A DNA stretch of 63,997 nt, counting the filler, from Salisapilia sapeloensis CBS 127946 (Eukaryota; Protista; Oomycota): assembly GCA_023334545.1 (NCBI GenBank). It is 11 parts of 11 records of this genome, joined end to end, with 100 filler letters (N's around TTAATTAATTAA, not from the genome) between each part and the next. Parts side by side here need not be neighbours in the genome. Positions count along the whole stretch, not along the records: positions 57,436 to 58,663 come from JAADVB010001240.1; positions 58,764 to 60,035 come from JAADVB010001219.1; positions 60,136 to 62,897 come from JAADVB010000851.1; positions 62,998 to 63,997 come from JAADVB010001365.1; 7 more parts are not named here. The stretch is one strand, 5' to 3'. The notes below the pieces were generated by a model. That model made no database searches and had not been told where the DNA came from. It worked only from the letters and a program-made list of their open reading frames with translations. This document shows positions 57,437-63,997 of the stretch, piece by piece. Every line of letters begins with the position of its first letter. Within the stretch, counting starts at the first letter, position 1. A program made the position numbers and the translations under genes.

Positions 57437-58396
57437 TCTCTCGCTCTCTTCGGGGGAGCTGCTGTCAAAGAGCTCTTAGAGACTGTGATCTTTGTGAACG
57501 ACCCGGGGCTTGTACTCGACGCTATTACTGACAAATCAGAAGATGTTGTTAATGAGATAGTGATCAAGGAAGGGGTAAAGCATGTACTTGAGAAGGCTTT
57601 TATATCTTCAGATACTTTTGTATCAAAACTGCGAGAAGCAAAAGTCAGGCTAGAGACGGAACCTGAGGACGAGTCTACAACGAAAGATGCTAGTGAGGAC
57701 TCTTCGTGTGATGGAAATACAAGACTTTCAGAGTCGAACGCCGCAGATGGGGATCTTGGTACTGAGGATGATGCAGCTAACAACAATGACCATGCTCATC
57801 AAGATGATCCTCCCATAGAGGAGAGCCAGTCAGCAGAAAACAATCAGACCGGTCTAGAAGATCCATCGCTTGAAGATAACAAGACTAATCAGGAAGATGC
57901 AAAGAGCGCTCGCAAAACCAATCGGCGTTCTATGGTGGATATCGTCAAGATGATCCAGAAGCAGCAGAAAGAGAACAGAGAGAGAGGTGCAGTAGGAAAC
58001 CAGGCCGGTAGCAGGAGCTCTGCGTCGCCAACGACGACCGCTAAACCTACATTTGTGGATGTATCCAAGGTTCCAAAGAAGCTTTTCCGAGCACATCCGT
58101 TACACTACGCCGTTCACATGTCTGGTGGCGACAAGAGCAAATTTGTTAGCTGGGCGGAGTCACTTTTATCGGATGGCATTAGCATAAACGATGTGATGAC
58201 GCTTCGGGTGCGCGAAGATCATTTGTTGGAAGACTGGGAAGACATCAATTGCCCGGTATTAATATTTGCTTCCTATCTGGGGTACACTGAGATCATCGAG
58301 TGGCTTTTTGTGCAAAGCGATCTGAAAAGCATTGAACCAACCTTTACTACTCGATGCCGTGCACAGGAGGTTGCGGAGGCACTTGCAACACTGTAA
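57437..58396 (+). CDS. 3' part of a hypothetical protein with an acidic low-complexity region and degenerate ankyrin-like repeats
   Basis: Open from the contig start; HPLHYAVH and PVLIFASYLGYTEIIEWL. Confidence 0.6.
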   Translation, partial: SLALFGGAAVKELLETVIFVNDPGLVLDAITDKSEDVVNEIVIKEGVKHVLEKAFISSDTFVSKLREAKVRLETEPEDESTTKDASEDSSCDGNTRLSESNAADGDLGTEDDAANNNDHAHQDDPPIEESQSAENNQTGLEDPSLEDNKTNQEDAKSARKTNRRSMVDIVKMIQKQQKENRERGAVGNQAGSRSSASPTTTAKPTFVDVSKVPKKLFRAHPLHYAVHMSGGDKSKFVSWAESLLSDGISINDVMTLRVREDHLLEDWEDINCPVLIFASYLGYTEIIEWLFVQSDLKSIEPTFTTRCRAQEVAEALATL

Positions 58397-58763
58397 GCAT
58401 GATACGAAATGGACAGCACAAGAAGCAAGAATAAACTGAAATACACGTATCTTTCCAACATCCATTGGTCTTGTTCAGAGTTTGGTAATATATCATTATG
58501 AAGGATACAGCTTTAAGACAAATATGCTAACTCTAGAGATCATGCAGAGGTTTGTGTCGAAAAGATCGGATATACTGGCCAAACGCTAAAGCATGGCTTC
58601 TATAGTGCAAATGTATAGCTTGCACATTACATCTGATAGCGGATGTAGTCTTGTAAGTCATAGNNNNNNNNNNNNNNNNNNNNNNNNNNNNNNNNNNNNN
58701 NNNNNNNTTAATTAATTAANNNNNNNNNNNNNNNNNNNNNNNNNNNNNNNNNNNNNNNNNNNN

Positions 58764-58821
58764 GAAGACCTCTTGAGCTCATTATTCTAGTATTAATATA
58801 TAATGAGCTCAAGAGCTCTTC
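58764..58821. repeat. 22-bp inverted repeat (1 mismatch) with a 14-nt loop containing TAGTATTAA
   Basis: gaagacctcttgagctcattat / ataatgagctcaagagctcttc; loop tctagtattaatat; starts at the first base of the contig. Confidence 0.9.
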
Positions 58822-58945
58822 AGGAATACCACCACCAACTATGGGGGGATAATAAAGAACTACTGCGTAGTCCTTCAGATACAAACTTTACGTGTATTTA
58901 CCAAACTAATAATAGCAACAAATGAAAATTCTTTCTAGCATATCT

Positions 58946-59713
58946 TTACTCCTCATTATCTTCCTGTCGAAACATGTTTCCCAAGAGATCCTCACTTTCA
59001 TTGCCATCATCTTCTCGTACTTGTGCAGCTTGTTCTTCTTGTTCCCGCATAGCATTTTCACCTTCTTCAATTTCTCGTTCTACAACAGCTTCTTGCCACG
59101 CAGCGTGATCGTTCACTAAAAAGTTCTGTGGAGCCGATAGCGTTTCCGTCGTTTGCTGACCTCGGTACCTAGACAAAAAGCGCGTAGTCGGTGTGTTTAC
59201 ATCAGTGAGTGTATCCCCGAACACGGCTTCGGCTTCTTCCTCTGTATCGCTGTCTGTAAACGTGAGATCGATAGTACTTTCCTCTTCGGCACGACGTTGC
59301 ACCAACGAACGCATTGAGATACTGTATGAACGCAGCAGTCCCCGCTCTCTTCGTAACGACGCCAACCTTTGCTCGTTCGATACCTGTCGCGCTTGCAAGC
59401 GATCAATAGTTGATTGCATTTGTAGCCGTCGATTCCTTTCTCGGGTTGCAATAGCGTTGGCATCTCGGACATTATCCAGTTGAGCCGACAGCTCTCTGGT
59501 AATCCGTGTTATGGTGGACTGAAGACGTTCAATGGTAGCGTCGCGCTCGAAAATGACTTCATCTGCCGCGGCGGCCTCCTTCGACATGTAATTGTTCAAG
59601 AGACTCTTACAGAGGTCGTTATTCGAGGTATCCGGCCGTTTCAATGGAATGGGCTTTCGTTTTACCCACCCGTCGCTCCGGCGCAAATACTTGAAAGTGA
59701 CGTCCTTTGGCAT
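58946..59713 (-). CDS. Orphan 255-aa protein: basic N-terminus, coiled coil, acidic C-terminus
   Basis: Intact ATG-to-stop ORF, heptad-like segment IERLQSTITRITRELSAQL...LASLRRE, E/D-rich tail. Confidence 0.7.
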   Translation of the reverse strand: MPKDVTFKYLRRSDGWVKRKPIPLKRPDTSNNDLCKSLLNNYMSKEAAAADEVIFERDATIERLQSTITRITRELSAQLDNVRDANAIATRERNRRLQMQSTIDRLQARQVSNEQRLASLRRERGLLRSYSISMRSLVQRRAEEESTIDLTFTDSDTEEEAEAVFGDTLTDVNTPTTRFLSRYRGQQTTETLSAPQNFLVNDHAAWQEAVVEREIEEGENAMREQEEQAAQVREDDGNESEDLLGNMFRQEDNEE

Positions 59714-59868
59714 ATTTATAAATGGAAAGAACTACAACAGCTCAACAACAAAGATTTGCTACCAGCCATTCAAACTGATCGGACCAGTCGATCGGTACAG
59801 AAACATTCTCACCCATTATCATCTATTACACAAGGTTTCCTAACGATCCTACGGGAAAGAGGATCAGA

Positions 59869-59896
59869 TTAGTTAGGTTAGGTTTAGGGTTTAGGG
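59869..59896 (+). repeat. Short degenerate telomere-like tract
   Basis: ttagttaggttaggtttagggtttaggg (two perfect TTTAGGG units). Confidence 0.75.
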
Positions 59897-59951
59897 AACT
59901 TAAACACGACACCTCACCATAGTAAAGTCCAGTCAAATCTGCACATAGGTC

Positions 59952-60013
59952 TAAAGTGGCCGAGAGGTGTTATTTTGACTTGGTTTTTGTATATAAAGTG
60001 GCCGGGAGGTGTT
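59952..60013 (+). repeat. Pair of 20-bp direct repeats (1 mismatch), 42 bp apart
   Basis: taaagtggccgagaggtgtt (59952-59971) and taaagtggccgggaggtgtt (59994-60013). Confidence 0.85.
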
Positions 60014-60135
60014 TTCGTACTTACGGGAGCAGAGANNNNNNNNNNNNNNNNNNNNNNNNNNNNNNNNNNNNNNNNNNNNTTAATTAATTAANNNNNNNNN
60101 NNNNNNNNNNNNNNNNNNNNNNNNNNNNNNNNNNN

Positions 60136-60276
60136 GAATGTGAGTGTTCGCCAAGGGATTGCGAACGAAGAGGCGTTCTTCTCGTCTCACGTTGAGTGGA
60201 AGCACATTTCGAAGGACTTGGTGGGCACTCGGGAGCTCCAGCGCAAGCTGGTCAATATCCTAGATGACAACATTCG
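60136..60276 (+). repeat. 141-bp perfect inverted repeat, left copy (right copy 62757-62897)
   Basis: Both contig ends read gaatgtgagtgttcgcc...gatgacaacattcg inward. Confidence 0.95.
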
Positions 60277-61471
60277 ACGTTGGCTTCCAAAAGTCATGAA
60301 GGAAGTTGAAAGTATGCTATGTTCTTCGAGAAAAACATTACTGGACATGGGCGAGAAGACCAATACAGCAGTTGAAAGACAACGCCTTTGGAATGATCGA
60401 GTTCGTCAGTACAATGGCATTCTTCGCGCTGCGTCAAGTGGCACGTACGAAGTGTTTCCTAGAAACTTTGTCAAGTCGAGTAATGAAGATGTCCGCCTAC
60501 GCGCAGTTCTCCGCAAAGAAGAGGCATCTTACAAAAGCTCTCTTGAAGCGACTTGCAATCCGCTTCCGTATATTAAGAAAGATCGAAAGGATGTTGCTGT
60601 GGGTGATTTTGTCGATGTACTCAGAGACAACAAAACTTGGGTCGAAGACGTTGTGACAAAAGTCGAAAACGGAAAAGTTTTATGCAAAGGCAACCATTTT
60701 ACTCAGCCTTCAGAGTGCTGGCGTTTTAACCACGTTTCTATTAAGATGTTCATTCGCGAAAACCGTGGCGATGAGCTAAGCGTTTTTGCGTCAGAACGTG
60801 TCTTTAGAAACTTGGTGAATGAGCTGGTTGAAAAATGGGAAGACTTTACGACTCAGCTCGTCAAACTGTACACGAAGCACTTACTTTGTGTCTCGGACGC
60901 TGCGATTGCGTTCTTAAACATGAACGTTGGTCTCACCCGTGTCTTTCGAACGGCTGCACAAAAAGTTGCAACGAGGCTGTCTGAAAAAGCCATGAACGAA
61001 ATGCTGCTGCTGATTGCGAACGAGAAACGACCGTACTCTATGAATGATCATGTAGAGAAAAAGGTGGATGGACTTCGGAATGAGCATCTGATGTCTCAAA
61101 TCATGGATCGCATTGGACACGGAGATGAGCATGTCAGCACCAAGATTTTAAAGATGGCCCTGTCACAAATGGAAATCAACCAGGAAGATTATGAGGCTCT
61201 TCAGACGGAGTGGACACTAGAAGCCTACGCCGAAGTTGCTGTCCGTCGCGTTTTCGACCGGGTTCCCATGCAACTGAACGACTTGATTATCAATGAATTC
61301 CTCCATCAAATCGATGACAAGTTGCATTCCATGACGGATACGCAGCTTGAGAAGGTGATGCGAGAGACAGAAACCGATCAACGCAAGCGAGAGTATCTGA
61401 ACAGAGAGATTGAAACGCTCATGCTCGCTCGAGACGACTTGGATATATGTAGTCATTTCCATCGACAGTAG
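60137..61471 (+). CDS. Mx-like dynamin-family protein A (end of G domain, stalk, GED); 5' end cut by gap
   Basis: GTRELQRKLVNIL..IR..LP (BSE/hinge), RENRGDELSVFASERVFRNLV (Mx RGRELPGF-like), GED LEAYAEVAVRRVFDRVPMQL. Confidence 0.85.
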   Translation, partial: NVSVRQGIANEEAFFSSHVEWKHISKDLVGTRELQRKLVNILDDNIRRWLPKVMKEVESMLCSSRKTLLDMGEKTNTAVERQRLWNDRVRQYNGILRAASSGTYEVFPRNFVKSSNEDVRLRAVLRKEEASYKSSLEATCNPLPYIKKDRKDVAVGDFVDVLRDNKTWVEDVVTKVENGKVLCKGNHFTQPSECWRFNHVSIKMFIRENRGDELSVFASERVFRNLVNELVEKWEDFTTQLVKLYTKHLLCVSDAAIAFLNMNVGLTRVFRTAAQKVATRLSEKAMNEMLLLIANEKRPYSMNDHVEKKVDGLRNEHLMSQIMDRIGHGDEHVSTKILKMALSQMEINQEDYEALQTEWTLEAYAEVAVRRVFDRVPMQLNDLIINEFLHQIDDKLHSMTDTQLEKVMRETETDQRKREYLNREIETLMLARDDLDICSHFHRQ

Positions 61472-61564
61472 GAACGTAGGATGCAGTTACGAAGACATAA
61501 GTGGAATAAAAAAAGAGTGAACCATTCTTTAAACATTGCAAAGCTACATGTATTTACGCTTGGA

Positions 61565-62896
61565 TTACATGACTAACTCCCACATCCCCTCAATATCTTC
61601 CTTGGCACTCTTCAACGTACTAACCTTCGCTTCCAGATCCTTCCGCCTCTTCGCTTCCGTCGGACGCTCTCGAAGCGCTTTCTCCAGGCTCTCATCACTC
61701 ATCTCAGCAACCTTACGGTCCGTTCGATCAGCAAGTGGCACCACCATTCGGTCATTCAAGTGCATCGGGATGCGATCCAATACACGTACGAGCGCAATCT
61801 TTGCATACGCTTCCAACGCCCATTCCATCTTTAAGGTCTGTCGATCCACCTGCGACAATTTAATAGCAGATACTGCACTTTGGACATCCACAGTCGAACC
61901 AAGTGCACGTTGTGAGACCATACGCAATCTGTCTGTATAGTACGCCTCTTCCAGCTTTTCCAACTCTTCCTCCAGACGTTCATTTAAAGAGTACGGACGA
62001 TGCTCACTCTGCAGTAACGTCTTCATGTCCTCTTTAGCCGTCTTGCTCACCTCTTGCAGTACTTCATGAGAAGCCTTGTGGAAGATGTGAGCCATGCCTT
62101 GGCTTACACCAAGGTACTCTATGGCAGCGTTCGAAAGCAGCTCCAGTTGTCGACGATAATTCTCCAGCAACTTCATCGCCGGTGCTTCCCATCGATCTAC
62201 GAGCATACTCACTAGCGATCGAAAGACACGTTCAGACGTAAAGATCCGGAGTTCGTCTCCTCGGTTCTCCTGGATAAAGTTTTTCAGTCCACAGCGATTG
62301 AATCGCCATCGAGACTCTCCATACCAGTCCTCTGAATGGATTTTACAGCGGATGTCTGTGTGGTTACAACTGATGACCACGTCTTCCTTCCACCCTACCT
62401 CCTCACTGATGTACAGATCGACGTGATCTCCTTTCGCAACGTTCTTCTTAAAGGTCTTTAGGAAGGGGAGCGGATGGCAGGTGGCATCCATACTAGCTTT
62501 AAACTCATTGTCTAGAGCGCTGAGGACAGCTCTCGTACGGACGTTTGTGGAATTACAACCGACAAAATCGGGCGGAAAGCTGTCATATCTACCGGACGTG
62601 GCACTCATTATAATCTGGCTGTACGCACGCAGTTTACTACTAAGATAGTACCGACGCGATTGAATAGACTCCATTTTGGTACCCATGCCCATCAACTCCG
62701 CTTCAGCCTTTGACAGATTCGTTTTAATTTCCGACAGAACAGACGGCAAACTAGCACGAATGTTGTCATCTAGGATATTGACCAGCTTGCGCTGGAGCTC
62801 CCGAGTGCCCACCAAGTCCTTCGAAATGTGCTTCCACTCAACGTGAGACGAGAAGAACGCCTCTTCGTTCGCAATCCCTTGGCGAACACTCACATT
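61565..62896 (-). CDS. Mx-like dynamin-family protein B, convergent with A; 5' end cut by gap
   Basis: QENRGDELRIFTSERVFRSLV, GED LEAYAKIALVRVLDRIPMHL. Confidence 0.85.
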   Translation of the reverse strand, partial: NVSVRQGIANEEAFFSSHVEWKHISKDLVGTRELQRKLVNILDDNIRASLPSVLSEIKTNLSKAEAELMGMGTKMESIQSRRYYLSSKLRAYSQIIMSATSGRYDSFPPDFVGCNSTNVRTRAVLSALDNEFKASMDATCHPLPFLKTFKKNVAKGDHVDLYISEEVGWKEDVVISCNHTDIRCKIHSEDWYGESRWRFNRCGLKNFIQENRGDELRIFTSERVFRSLVSMLVDRWEAPAMKLLENYRRQLELLSNAAIEYLGVSQGMAHIFHKASHEVLQEVSKTAKEDMKTLLQSEHRPYSLNERLEEELEKLEEAYYTDRLRMVSQRALGSTVDVQSAVSAIKLSQVDRQTLKMEWALEAYAKIALVRVLDRIPMHLNDRMVVPLADRTDRKVAEMSDESLEKALRERPTEAKRRKDLEAKVSTLKSAKEDIEGMWELVM

Positions 62897-62897
62897 C
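62757..62897 (-). repeat. 141-bp perfect inverted repeat, right copy
   Basis: Reverse complement of 60136-60276. Confidence 0.95.
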
Positions 62898-62999
62898 NNN
62901 NNNNNNNNNNNNNNNNNNNNNNNNNNNNNNNNNNNNNNNNNTTAATTAATTAANNNNNNNNNNNNNNNNNNNNNNNNNNNNNNNNNNNNNNNNNNNNCT

Positions 63000-63905
63000 T
63001 CCTTTCACCAGGAAGTCCGTGTGTGGAGTAAGCTCCGCCACGAAAATGTCATTCGCTTATACGGATTCTGTGATCGAACCCACGATCCGTTTTTTGTGTG
63101 CGAGTATGCTGAGCATGGGGATCTTTCGAGATTCCTTTGTAAAGTACAACCCCTGAATATGCGACTGATCTGGAAGCTATTAAAGGAAGCTGCGCAAGGC
63201 CTTCAGTTCTTGCACAGCAAGGAGATTGTTCATGGAGACCTCAAGTGTAACAACATTCTCGTATGTGGAAACAACTACGTTGCTAAACTTACGGACTTTG
63301 GGCTCAGTATGACAAAGGATAAAGTCAAAGTTTTCAATTCTCTAGGTCATACTGGGGCGGTCCAGTGGGTCGCTCCGGAGTGTCTGCAAGGACATCCTAC
63401 CTCTTTTGAGTCGGACGTGTATTCTCTTGGAATGTGTGTGGTTGAGGCTATAAGTGGCAGAACACCTTGGGGTTTTCTTGATAAAGTTGCGGTCGAGACG
63501 CATGTAATACGTGGAACTAAGCCAGACAATCGTATACATCATATTGTTCCTGAAGAGGCTTGGGATTTTGTTCAGCGCATGTGTGCGTGTAATCCAGGCG
63601 ACAGGCTAAAGCTTGACGAAGCTATCAGCAAGCTGGCTGAGCTGGAAGTGTCAGACTGCAATATACTACCTCCCACTAGGTACAATCGAGTGATTGCTGA
63701 CTCAACATCTATTTCGTTTAGCAAGGGTCCACATGACTCGACGTCAACTTCTACACAGAACAGCAGCACAACACATGCATCTCTCGGTGCTTCCATGAAC
63801 AAATTACAGATTAACGAGAAGCACGAGGATAGCACATATACGAACATAGAGCCCGCTTCGGAGGAGAATATTGACGAAACCAATGATATGGACGAAAAGT
63901 GGTAA
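63000..63905 (+). CDS. TKL-type protein kinase; 5' end cut by gap
   Basis: FHQEVRVWSKLRHENV, IVHGDLKCNNILV, LTDFGLS, GAVQWVAPECL, SDVYSLG. Confidence 0.85.
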   Translation, partial: SFHQEVRVWSKLRHENVIRLYGFCDRTHDPFFVCEYAEHGDLSRFLCKVQPLNMRLIWKLLKEAAQGLQFLHSKEIVHGDLKCNNILVCGNNYVAKLTDFGLSMTKDKVKVFNSLGHTGAVQWVAPECLQGHPTSFESDVYSLGMCVVEAISGRTPWGFLDKVAVETHVIRGTKPDNRIHHIVPEEAWDFVQRMCACNPGDRLKLDEAISKLAELEVSDCNILPPTRYNRVIADSTSISFSKGPHDSTSTSTQNSSTTHASLGASMNKLQINEKHEDSTYTNIEPASEENIDETNDMDEKW

Positions 63906-63997
63906 ATTGTAATTGAAAATGCCCATTTCGACTGCTTGACGAAAATACATTTTTATACAATGATCTGTGGAATTTAAGTCGTTGGATGTATTCGATC

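Noticed and set aside
59869-59896. True chromosome telomere
   Set aside because: Only two perfect units, about 140 bp from the contig end, with unique sequence beyond.
58764-63997. Virus-like contig, Mx-like pair and TKL kinase read as one defence locus
   Set aside because: Separated by artificial spacers, so physical linkage is unsupported.

Overview
Eukaryotic draft-genome sequence, very probably an oomycete (elicitin-like gene, PDR-type ABCG, START-FYVE family, oomycete-type ankyrin repeats, 50-62 nt GT-AG introns). It is not one continuous locus: ten identical 100-nt spacers (44 N + TTAATTAATTAA + 44 N) join eleven contig pieces, so adjacency across spacers means nothing. Piece 1 (1-25980): decayed Mutator/MULE-type element carrying a Ulp1-like protease, then LRRC51-like, Rab escort protein and SDR genes, then a gene-sparse stretch with trypsin-like pseudogenes, elicitin-like genes and an ankyrin pseudogene. 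Piece 2 (26081-47081): Crypton-like relic and decayed DNA, then a dense block of PH-AGC kinase, retinoblastoma-related gene (E2F site beside its ATG), a Tc1-derived DNA-binding protein without a DDE domain, ATG101, an ankyrin gene and RPL18A (unusually long, structured intron). The small pieces hold an ABCG transporter, a P1B-ATPase fragment, tRNA-Met, START-FYVE genes, ankyrin genes and a TKL kinase. The two most striking pieces are (i) a tail-to-tail pair of Mx-like dynamins whose 5' parts are nucleotide-identical while their stalks diverge and carry an inserted Tudor/SH3-like module, and (ii) a 1.27-kb piece resembling an ssDNA virus or satellite (hairpin with a TAGTATTA loop, one orphan ORF, telomere-like boxes, 20-bp direct repeats). 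All family assignments come from motif recognition by eye; no database was searched.
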